Part shown: positions 10,286 to 20,000 of the stretch, in pieces | How positions within the stretch are numbered: position 1 is the first letter of the stretch | Layout of the letters: each line of letters starts with the position of its first letter | Source of the DNA: Vermamoeba vermiformis | Taxonomy: Eukaryota | Length of the DNA: 20,000 nt | Reading direction: 5' to 3' | Assembly: GCA_045837725.1 (NCBI GenBank) | Contig: JBEWZL010000291.1 | Coordinates: forward strand, 46,164 to 66,163 | Notes under the pieces: model-generated | What the model saw: the letters and a program-made list of their open reading frames with translations, nothing else | The model's database searches: none | What the model was told of the DNA's origin: nothing | Position numbers and translations under genes: made by a program

Positions 10286-13200
10286 ATGAGCGGACGTAAG
10301 ATTACTCTCGCCGAAGTGGCCCAACACAACAAAGCCGATGACTTGTGGATTGTCGTCGCAGGCAAGGTGTATGATGTGACAAAGTTCTTGTCCGAACATC
10401 CCGGTAAGTTCGTACTACGATAACGTATTTATAAATGATATATTCACCACAATTTAAACATTTTGGCTCGTAATTTCGAAAGTGCAACGTTTCTTCAAAG
10501 AGTTTTTTTGGATTCAAATTACGTATTTAAAAATAATTTCGAGAATGAAGCCTTGTAGAATTAGTTATTGTTAACCGGGCTCAAATCCCCCCGTAAACTG
10601 TTTTATAAAACTGTTCAAATTAAATTAAAGTTTTAATTTTATTCAAATGTTTAATTTGCGAAGCGATTTAGAACTTCGATTTCTACATTTTATTGAAAGA
10701 ATTTGTAAATTTAAAATGTTAATAATAATTAAACATTTTAATTAATTGATACCAGCGGTGCTCGCGGTCACGTTCGGCACGTGGCTTCAGTGAATAAGAC
10801 ACTAGTATTTAGTGAACGTAATTTTATTTAGCGTTGCAATTACAATGCACAGTACGACAGTTCAAGGCGGCTGGTTGCTCTGCTTGCTCGTGTGTCATTA
10901 GCGATAAACTTACCCAAGTGCAGTGCGTCGTGTGGCTACGTGGCTTGTGCTGACTTTGACAATGAAAAACATGACTTGCGGTGACAACGAATCAAAGCTC
11001 GCTAACGATTGGTCATTCTAGTTTTCGGACAAGAATTTCCTATGAATTTGGCCATTTTGACCATATTTGGAAGGAGCTTGACGTCACCGCAGAATCTTTT
11101 CCGTTCATTTTTCAAAGTTTAATCACGAAGTAAGCCACAAAACCACACGATACACGGCGCCTTGGGTAAGTGAACCTACCACCGCTACTGACACTCACAA
11201 GTGCACAACAGCTGTCCCGCTGATCGTACTGTATATTTGTATTGCAACGTTAAATAAATATTATATACTTCCCTAAATACGTGTGATATTACTATTGCTA
11301 ACGGGCGAGGGCAATGCATCGCACCGCCAGTATTGATTAATTAAAATGTTTAATTATTATTAAAATTTTTAATTTATCGAATTCTTTCAACAAAATAAAT
11401 TAAAAAGTTCTAAATCGCTTCGGAAATTAAACAATTGCATAAAATCAAAACTTAAATTTAATTTGAACAGTTTTATAAAACGGTTTACGGGGGGATTTGA
11501 GCCCGGTTAACAATATGAATTTACTACGATGATTTTTCGTAATATTTCCAATGGAATCATTTATTTAAATGGATTTGTCTCCTCAGGTGGCAAGAAGGTC
11601 CTCGTTAATGTCGCTGGCAAAGACGCTACCAATCAATTTAATCAATTCCACAAAGCCGATGTATTAGACAAATACGCGCCCAAGCTTTATATTGGAGACG
11701 TCACCGAAGGAGATGCGCGTCACTCCAACTTGGATAACAAGAAATCTGTTCGTACTAACCCCGAAGGAATGACAGTCGCTCCTATGCAATTTGCTGCTGC
11801 TTTAGGAGGTAAGCTCAACAAATAGTCGACAATTATGTCTTAAATACAGTAGTTAGATGAATAGCCGCTATTTAAATTTTACGTTATTGCTCAGAAAGTT
11901 TTTAGAAGGCGTTCTAATTAATGAAATACGTTGCTAATATAGTTTATAATAGAGGGCACGTTCGGCGACCTCGTTCCGTTTGGGGATCCGTCGTGGTACC
12001 AAACCTGGCACTCCACTTATTACAACGAATCTCACAAGAAATTCCGTGCTGCAGTCCGCGAGTTTGTTGAGAAGAACGTGATGCCGTTTGTTAACGAATG
12101 GGACATGAAGAAACATTTCCCTAGAGACTTGTTCAAAAAGTCGTATGAGGCTGGTGCGTGGATCTTTCATAATACCGCGATTCAAAGGAGTTTTCTAATA
12201 TTCGATTATGGACTATAGGTATTTTGCCGAGCGGTGCTGGTGCTCCTTGGCAGACTGAATACGCTGGCACTCACATCGCTGGTGGTGTCAAGCCCGAAGA
12301 GTTTGATTACTTCCACGAGTTGATTGCCGTCGATGAGATGTGCCGCTGTGGTGCTGCTGGTGTTTCCGCCAGTTTTGTTGGTCTTAGCATCGGTAAGCGA
12401 ACCACACATGCGCTGGATCTGCTCGCGTCCCTGGTCTTACTAGTCAATTAGGCTTGCCTCCTGTCTTGAAGTTTGCCAACAAGGCACTCAAGGATAAGGT
12501 CGCTGGTCCTTGCTTGAAGGGTGACAAGATCATCTGCTTGGCTATCACTGAACCGTGGGCCGGATCTGATGTTGCTAACATTCGCACTGAAGCCAAGTTG
12601 ACCGCTGACGGCAAGCACTACATTGTCAATGGCGAGAAGAAGTGGATCACTAACGGTAAGCGTTATGTCCAAAAATTAGTGGCCGTGCGCGGATGTGGAA
12701 CAAGTGCAGTTCTAGCTAAAGTAGTGACCCGAACACGGCGTTGCCAAGCGTCTCGGGCACGACCACACTAACAAGAATGCACCGCTTCCCGTCCGATCAG
12801 CGAAGTTAAGCTTGTTCAGGCCTTCTTAGTACTGGGGTAGGAGACTACCTGGGAATCGGAGGTGTTGTGCTCTTATCTTTTTGCATTCGGCTCTTATTCC
12901 TTTTTTTGTTTTCGTGTGGGATTCTTTCTTTTTCCAATTGAGATCCGGATGCGACATCCGCTCGTGGTTTACTTTTTTTTAACGTTACCAAATAATTAAC
13001 TTCCGTATTCAGGTGTCTACGCCGACTTCTTCACCGTTGCTGTTCGCACTGGCGGTCCTGGTATGGAAGGCATTTCGCTTTTGTTGTTGGAGAAGGGTAT
13101 GCCTGGCATTACCACCCGTGAAATGCACGTCAGCGGTCTCTGGGGCTCCGGCACCACTTATATTACCTTTGAGGACGTCAAGGTTCCTGTTGAGAACCTG

Positions 13201-13897
13201 ATCGGCAAAGAGGGTCGTGGATTCAAGTACATTATGAGGTACGCATGACTATAATATTACGATCTAGATACTAAACTGACTGTTTTGTTTCTTATTAGTA
13301 ACTTCAATCACGAGGTATGCATGACTATAATATTACATTCATAGTAAACTAACTGTCTTAGCGATGGGGCATTATTGTTCAAGCCATCCGTTGTGCTCGT
13401 GTTTGTTACGAAGAGTCCTTCACTTACGCCCACAAGAGAAAGGCATTCGGCAAGAGATTGATTGACCAGCCCGTCATTCGTAACAAGCTGGCTCACATGG
13501 CGTACGTATTATTATTCCAAATTTTCGAAATTATGACAGTAAATTGATCCGGTTAAATTTTAGTCGCCATATTGAGGCTACTCAAAACTGGCTAGAGAAT
13601 GTAACCTATCAAATGACCAAGATGGGTGAACAAGAGGCCAACATCAAGCTTGGTGGCCCTATTGCCCTCTTGAAGGCTCAAGCCACGCTCACCTTCGAGT
13701 TGTGCGCTCGTGAGGCCGCACAGGTTATGGGTGGTATTGCTTATACTATGGGCGGTCAGGGCGCTAAAGTTGAGCGATTAAACCGTGAAGTGCGTGGTTG
13801 TGCTATTCCTGGTGGCTCCGAAGAAATCATGCTCGATCTCGGCATGCGTCAAGCCATCAAGATCTACCAGATGACCTCAAAGATGTCAAAGTTGTGA
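10286..13897 (+). CDS. Cytochrome b5 domain / acyl-CoA dehydrogenase fusion
   Basis: Exons 10286-10403, 11587-11808, 11953-12153, 12219-12392, 12452-12655, 13013-13238, 13299-13314, 13362-13501, 13564-13897. b5: EVAQHN..WIVVAGKVYDVTKFLSEHP|GG, AGKDAT..FH. ACAD: CLAITEPWAGSDV, NGEKKWITNG, FEDVKVPVENLIG, NFNHER, RKAFGKRLIDQ, AIPGGSEEI. Confidence 0.93.
10566..11515. mobile_element. Non-autonomous foldback/MITE-like element in intron 1 of the b5-ACAD gene
   Basis: 33-bp perfect terminal inverted repeat TATTGTTAACCGGGCTCAAATCCCCCCGTAAAC, about 6 mismatches over the first ~110 bp, and degenerate complementarity continuing to the centre (~11015/11060). No ORF. Ends can be read as TTAA|CCGGG..CCCGG|TTAA or TA|TTG..CAA|TA. 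Confidence 0.8.
12755..12873 (+). rRNA. 5S rRNA gene inside intron 5 (12656-13012) of the b5-ACAD gene
   Basis: ~119 nt with the eukaryotic 5S fold: GGGCACGAC/GTTGTGCTC (helix I), AACAAG/CTTGTT, CGCT/AGCG, CCTTC/GGAGG, GGTAG-GAGA-CTACC. Conserved GAAGTTAAGC, TTAGTACTGG and TGGGAA segments. Confidence 0.95.
12878..12907 (+). terminator. Pol III oligo-T terminators of the 5S gene
   Basis: T5 at 12878-12882 just after the 5S 3' end, T7 at 12901-12907, further T runs downstream. Confidence 0.75.
13239..13361 (+). repeat. Two homologous introns flanking a 16-nt microexon
   Basis: Introns 13239-13298 and 13315-13361 share GTA(C/T)GCATGACTATAATATTAC (21/22) and TAAACT(G/A)ACTGT (11/12). Confidence 0.9.
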
Positions 13898-14247
13898 AGA
13901 GGCACGCAAGTACTCCGCTACCACGACTTGAATAGTGTTTATTAGTAACCCCATATATTGCAGTGTATTATTTGACAATAATACGAAATTTTTGCAAAGA
14001 TTAGATTTTCTATAACGTTCGAAATTTAAGTTTTACGGATACTATTAATAACAGGCATCTTGCTACACACAGCATAATATCCAAAGTAAATAGTACTGTT
14101 AAGCGGGCCGAGCAATGGTAAGCAATTTTCAAGCCCGTTTATTCGTACTTATTCGTTATACACGAGACCAAAATTAATTTTATTGCAAATAACGTGCAAT
14201 TTCATGTGCCAATCCAAATTTAGTGCAAAATCTTTTAAAATTTATTT

Positions 14248-14271
14248 GCACGTGGCCGAATCAACTATAAA
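14248..14271 (+). promoter_or_regulatory. Candidate promoter: E/G-box GCACGTGG plus TATAAA
   Basis: GCACGTGG at 14248-14255 and TATAAA at 14266-14271, upstream of a CA-rich leader and ATG 14328. The same motif sits at a similar distance upstream of thioredoxin (8785-8778). Confidence 0.4.
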
Positions 14272-14327
14272 TTTGAATGATTACGTCCGTTTATTCAACT
14301 CACAAACCAAACAACAACAACACAATA

Positions 14328-14984
14328 ATGAGCAAGCTAATTCTCATCGCACTCATTGCTTTCGTCGGCATTGTTTTCGCTGACATAGAGAGAGTAAGAT
14401 ACCAGCTCCCTGCCGGCGTGATCTACAATGGTCCTCTGTTTTCTGGCTATCGTGGTAGAGTTCAGCGTGCTATTTTCTCCTTCGCGGAATCCTACACGAC
14501 CTGCAACCGCAACAAAATGATTGAAGTCTTCGACGAGGATGTGCTCTTCTCGTACCTCTTCGCCAGATACCAAGGCCTTACAGCTGCTCTAACCGACATC
14601 GATAGTTACTGCGTGCCCACCTCTCGCCCCAACAACGTCTCTGTCTTCTTTGAAGCTGATGGGTTCTCAATCGATCCAGCCACACGCAACGTTGGCGTGA
14701 AGGTTCAATTCAGACAAACAACTCAAGCTGGCGTTCGCTCGGTAGTCAATGATATTTGGTTTGGCAAGACCAACTTCTGGGGCGACCAATTTACCGAGTT
14801 CACCGAGTGGTTGTCAGATTCCGTTCGATTCCTCCAACAATACGGAGTGTTGAACTACGACGAAGGCGCCAATCCTCTCTTGCCGTGGCCTACTTATGTA
14901 CCTGGTCGTGAAGGTTGTGCTCGCCGTGTTACGCACACTTGCCCAGATGCACCTTGCCAACCTTCTCAATGCGTTCGTCCCTAA
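14328..14984 (+). CDS. Secreted NTF2/SnoaL-like protein with Cys-rich tail (218 aa, intronless)
   Basis: ATG 14328 follows a CAA-rich leader. Signal peptide MSKLILIALIAFVGIVFA. SnoaL-like pattern FAESYTTCNRNKMIEVFDEDVLF..YQG and FTEFTEW. The ORF is solid; the fold call is inference. Confidence 0.7.
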   Translation: MSKLILIALIAFVGIVFADIERVRYQLPAGVIYNGPLFSGYRGRVQRAIFSFAESYTTCNRNKMIEVFDEDVLFSYLFARYQGLTAALTDIDSYCVPTSRPNNVSVFFEADGFSIDPATRNVGVKVQFRQTTQAGVRSVVNDIWFGKTNFWGDQFTEFTEWLSDSVRFLQQYGVLNYDEGANPLLPWPTYVPGREGCARRVTHTCPDAPCQPSQCVRP

Positions 14985-15292
14985 GCCTGTATATAAAGCG
15001 AACGCTGTATTAAATTATTATACCATTGTAGATTATGTAAAAACAAATCATTATTATTACTCAGTTTCCTCGTTCATTCGTCTTGCGAATAGCAAATAAC
15101 CAGTTTTGGTCCCTCTAGTAGTAGAGTACTACTATAGTAGTAGTACCCAATTTTTTTTTGCTATTATTCTTTGTCGCACAAATGGCCATTTAACAGACTC
15201 AAAAATGAGACTGGCGTTGTGTCCACAATACGTCAATTAGAATAACACAATGAAGTTTTTTCTATCTACCTTACAAACTTGTTCCATTGAAA

Positions 15293-18200
15293 ATGGCAGC
15301 AACAACACCCGAAGACATCGATTTAATTGATGATATATGGCAGAGGATATTTAGTAGCCTAGATTACAGGTGCAGAGTTTCCCTCTTTCAGGTAAATCTG
15401 CTACTCTTTTGAAAAATAGGAATATTTTCTATATTTAGTATTATTTCAAATATCAAGGCACCGAATTTTCTTACTCCAGCTGTATCTTGTTATTTTTCTT
15501 CGAAATAATCAATTAATTATAAATTAATTGAATAGCCGTTTTAAAATTGCTTTTCTTTAACAACCATTTCTCATCCTATTGAAAGATCTCAAAACGATGG
15601 AAAGCGCTTGCTTCTAACCCCGTTTGTTGGACATTTCTGGATGTGACGCTTCCCAGTGAAAGAGAACCCCAAGCTAGCGAGCGAACAACTCTGTTTTGCA
15701 AATTCGTAGCTAAGTATTGTTCTTTGACGACGAAGATCAAAATAGAGAAAGAGGACTCTTTCATGTTTTGGACGGTGATGCAGGCCCTCTTCCCACTTCG
15801 GCACTTGCGCTACTTGAAGATGATTGTCCGTGGAGGTGGCGGTTATCAACCTCTAAACGGGTCTTTATTTCCAAAACCAGATTGGTCGAATCTAATTTAC
15901 CTCAATTTGCAATTGCACGAAACAACAGTTTTAAATGAAGGGTGGGCTTGGGTCAGACTGACCGAAGTATGAACCGAATTCAGCTTTGTAATTTCGCTCA
16001 CAAATGTTATTTTAGGGTGCGCTTAACTTAGAAGAAATCCACTTGGCTCAAACGCGACCAAGAATGGATCGCACTTCGTTCGTAAATGGGTTGGCGAATT
16101 GCCAGAAATTGAAACTATTGACGATGCCAGATGTCTCGCGTCTAACAACTGGCGCTACAAATCCTGGCCCTCAAATTCAGCAGGTGGTCGTTATGGAGTC
16201 TATTTACGAACGCTTGCCGGATCTACAAACTGTGATTATTCCGACTATCGAGAAAGGTCTTCGAGTAGGAGGCTTTGGGCAAGCATTTGGTGCTCCTGCC
16301 AATCCACTCTTTGGAGCCCCGCAAGCATTCGGTGGAGGTTTTGGGCAAGGATTTGGTGCTCCTGCCAATTCAACACTGTTTGGAGCCCCACAAGCATTCG
16401 GCGGAGGGTTTGGGCAAGGATTTGCGCATGCCAATCCAACACAGTTTGGCGGAGGCTTCGGCGCTCCAGCCACACCGCCTCTGTTTGGCGGCCCACCACC
16501 ATTCGGTGAACAACAACAGACTGAAAAGTTATCGTTAGAGTACCATGGCAACACTCTTGTGGTCACCGAGGAAATTCTTCGCTCACGCGACTTGGAAATC
16601 GTAACGAAAATTGGACACCTGCTCAAGAAAACAAACTACGTTGGCTATTTTATGCGGAGACTTAACAGTGCCGGTGGTTTAGAACAGCTGACAGCTCCAT
16701 TGATGCACTGTTTAATCAACGAACTGAAGCTCGATATTAACCGCAGCTCTGCACAAGCGGATCCGTTTGCAGTTGATGTATTTCATGTGGAAGCATTTTC
16801 ACCAGTAAGTAGAAGCGATATCAAAAATCAATATTAACATGTAATCTTTTTACTGCAAGGTCTATCCGCTAAGTTCCGTATTGGATGATGTCGAACAAGT
16901 TCAGTTGATGCTTGACTTCGGAGCAGATCCGAATTGCCCTGATGGAGTCCCACCGCTGGGGTTTGGTACCACATCCAAAGATAGCTGCATTCTTCTACTT
17001 GAGCGTGGAGCGGATCCTCTGAAGCAAGTTGACCGGTCGTCACCCGCAATATGCGGCTGGTTTACAAAATTTTCTGACCAAGGTACATTTGACTTGTCTT
17101 TCAATTATAAAGCCTCAAGATCTGTCGAGCACTCATATTTCTAATTTTCATCCAGATCTTGCCGAGATTTTGACGGTGGTGTTAAACAAAGGATTAATTG
17201 AGGTTAATCAAAAGATTGATGGTTCGAAAACTCTCCTTGATGTAAGCATAGCTTTACTCTATCGAATTAAAAAAACTTATGTGAGTTCTAATGATTAGTT
17301 TGCCGTTGCAAACGAGTACTCGCTTACAATCCAAGAGTTGCTTGCACGCGGAGCAAGATGGACACCGCGAGCGATGGATAAGTTGATTCATTGGGATCTT
17401 AATCAGGTGAGGCAAAGTATTCGCGGGTAATACAACTAACACTCTATTTATTAGTGTTCTGATGTCATGACGAGCGGCAAGTTTGATGTTAGTCAATTGC
17501 TTCTCGGTACCGCGTTGACGGCGATACAACGTGACATGTATCCACTTGTGTAAGTGCCCATAATTTTGGTAGAACTTATTGGTTTAATCTAATTGAGCAG
17601 TCGTGAGCACCTTCAGAATCTTCCTCGCGATCTTGATCAGAACGGTTTTGGAGTGGTGCACTACCTTTCATTGCTACAACAAAATGCCATGCCGAGTCAG
17701 GCAAAGACTGGAATTACAGGAACGTTTTGGGGCGAAGATAGTGCTACTGTAGCACCCATCGAATCTGCAGAACAAAGTCTTCGTGAACTGGATCAAATGA
17801 TCAAAGAGCTCAACCTGGACGTCAACTTAAAGACGTCTAATGGAGAGACACCCTTGTTGTTAGTGTGTAGCGATGTCAACGAGAATGTCGGTGTCGTCAA
17901 GGCATTGCTCGATAACGGCGCAAATATCAACGAACCAGTAAGTATATTATTAGGAAGTCAGTGTATTGATAGCTTACTTGTTTTAACGTACAATTCTTAT
18001 CGAAGGACATTCATGGATGGACTCCACTTCACGCAGCGCTATTTGGAGGCAAACGTGATACGGCGCAATTGCTCTTGTCGCGTGGAGCGAATATTAACGC
18101 ACAAGACAAGCTCGGTATCACTCCTGTGATGGCGTTTTCACTCTCGTCTAGCCTTGATGATAACAAGGTCTTGCCACTCTGGAATATAATTGTCGAACAT

Positions 18201-20000
18201 GGTTTTGACGTCGCTCTGCCTGATAAAGTACGTCAATCAATTTCCTTTCGTATTACTAATCAACGTGTAGATCTTGCGCCGATCAATATTACATCATCTT
18301 ACTGCTTTCGGAACCTGCAAATGCGTCGAGATCCTCTTGGACAAAGTACCTGGACTTGATATTAACTGTCGGTACGTACACAAGACTTTTTCGGAACTTC
18401 ATTAACGAACTGCTGCTCAGTGACGTGCATGGATTCACGCCGCTACATTATGCAGCCCGAGCTGAGGACCAACAGATGATGGAGTTATTGGTCGAGCGTG
18501 GTGCAGACACCAACGCAACGAGTACCGTTCTGAAGTTGACACGTAAGTAGTTTATTTGGGCGAAGAATTATTTCTAACCGATACGTTGTAGCCTTCGCCG
18601 TCTTACTGGCGCTGTACAGCCAAACGTCTCCTTACACAATCTATGTAACACATTACGGCCACATGAATAGAGACAAAACATTAGATGAAAAAGTGGATAT
18701 TATTGTTGACCCAGATGCGTAAGTCAATTTTCCGTAAGTCGCCGGGCTAATTTTGCTTAGCACTGTGGCCTTATGCAAACTGAAGAAACCAGTGTGGTGC
18801 AGTGACAAAGTCAGCAATACTTTCTCGTAAGTTATCACCATCGGTGCCATATTTTAAATTAACCCTATGCAGTTTCCGCAGCGAACCTGGTACAATTTCA
18901 CCGCGTTTTATTCCATGGCCGACTGATTTGTCCCTCACGGATCGATTTGGAAATAACTCGTTGCATACGGTAAGCAGAACTATGTTATTCTAATTTAACT
19001 AGTCATGGATATTAATATTTTTCCAGCTGGTAATGGTATCGGGATGTGGGCAGCAGAACAGTCCGCTTAGATCAGGAGGCCTTTCAAAAGAGTGGCACAA
19101 ATTGTGGTCGAAGCCGAACAAGCGCGGAACAACTCCGTTTCATATGTAAGATTGATCTAGTTCTGTAATCGTGAACCTATGATTAATTACGACGGTTTTA
19201 GGTTTGTCAAGAATTACGCGTAGGTTTAGGGCTTAAACGATTGTCGGTTCTTACCTTTCTTTCTAGTCCCCCAGAAATTGATTATTTGACCGAGTTATTG
19301 ACATCTGAGCAACACGAACTACTGTATAGTCTCAACAACAAAGATGAGCACGGCAAAACCGCCCTTGAATACTTACTCGACAACGGCCACGTTCATGCCA
19401 TCGCCAATAAGCTGTTCAATATCAAAGGTTTGAACGCTACCTAGCAGCGCACGAAAATACCGTCGAATGTTCCAATGAATTAACATCGCTATTTTCCTGT
19501 AGGAATCAATTTTACGAGCCCTTCCGTTCTTCCTCCACCCACATCGTTGCTTCACTCAACAATTACTCACCGTAATGTGAGAACGGAATTGTTGACCAAG
19601 CTGGCTGAGACAGACCCGAGCGCGTTGAATCTGAAGGTCAATGGAAAGACTCCGTTAGTGCTATTTGTTGAGAAGGTACTGTGATACGACTCACTTATTT
19701 TCGGGTGCTGACGCTTTGCGAAGCTGTTGACTGATCCTGACCTATTCCGAGAAGACTCGTTGTTGGACTGTTTCTTGGAATGCAAAGGTACTCATGCTTA
19801 TCGATTTAGCGTGGATATTCGAAGCTGACACTTGTTTCGCAGTGGATCTGAACGCTCAAGACAACGAAGGAAACACTGCTCTCCATTACGCATCCTACTT
19901 CTTCCATCTTGGTGTTTGGGACAGTTATCACGTGCAAAGTCACACCTTGCAAGGGTCATCTGTGTTCAGTGTGACCTTATTCAAGCTTCTTGAAGGTAAA
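15293..20000 (+). CDS. F-box / LRR-like / FG-repeat / multi-ankyrin protein (continues beyond window)
   Basis: Exons 15293-15391, 15586-15966, 16016-16804, 16860-17082, 17156-17241, 17299-17406, 17455-17549, 17601-17937, 18006-18227, then further exons that splice in frame (including an 18-nt microexon 19202-19219). F-box: LIDDIWQRIFSSL..Q|ISKRWKALASNPVCW. ANK: GETPLLLVC, GWTPLHAA, GFTPLHYAA, GNTALHYA. Confidence 0.85.
16268..16506 (+). repeat. Coding tandem repeat, 3-4 imperfect units encoding FG-rich peptide
   Basis: Units start GGAGGnTT(T/C)GG; the first two are ~66-69 nt, encoding GGFGQAFGAPANPLFGAPQAFG and GGFGQGFGAPANSTLFGAPQAFG. Confidence 0.85.

Noticed and set aside
10566-11515. Autonomous transposon or assembly foldback artefact
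   Set aside because: No transposase ORF. The arms differ by many substitutions and indels, and the flanking exons join correctly (HP|GG), which an artefact would not give.
14982-15099. TAA readthrough or reassignment, since Cys-containing sequence continues after the stop
   Set aside because: TAA ends thioredoxin and the amidohydrolase at their expected C-termini, and the traced exons need no in-frame stop. The region looks like an AT-rich 3' UTR.
15116-15146. TAG/CTA palindromes (TACTACTATAGTAGTA)
   Set aside because: Low-complexity trinucleotide sequence with no supporting context.
16268-16506. CRISPR-like array or a standalone nucleoporin gene
   Set aside because: The repeats are in-frame coding units without unique spacers, inside an F-box/ankyrin gene of a eukaryote.

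Overview
Compact, intron-rich eukaryotic DNA. Most introns are 43-62 nt with GTA(A/C)GT donors and CTRAY-like branch points; the 5S sequence looks amoebozoan-like, from memory only. Manual splicing gives eight protein-coding genes: (1) the 5' part of a giant DUF6606/DUF3638-like gene, (2) a 10-exon ankyrin + F-box + ParB/Srx-like fusion followed by a decayed duplicate of its 3' exons, (3) an MtaD/TRZ-ATZ amidohydrolase, (4) thioredoxin, (5) a PAXX-like protein, (6) a cytochrome b5/acyl-CoA dehydrogenase fusion, (7) an intronless secreted NTF2/SnoaL-like protein, and (8) a long F-box/FG-repeat/ankyrin gene running off the right end. The acyl-CoA dehydrogenase gene is the most unusual. Intron 1 holds a ~950 bp fully palindromic foldback element. 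Intron 5 holds an intact 5S rRNA gene enclosed by a G-U-rich stem. Two near-identical introns flank a 16-nt microexon that probably encodes the catalytic Glu. All gene models were derived by eye and family calls come from motif recognition, not database searches.
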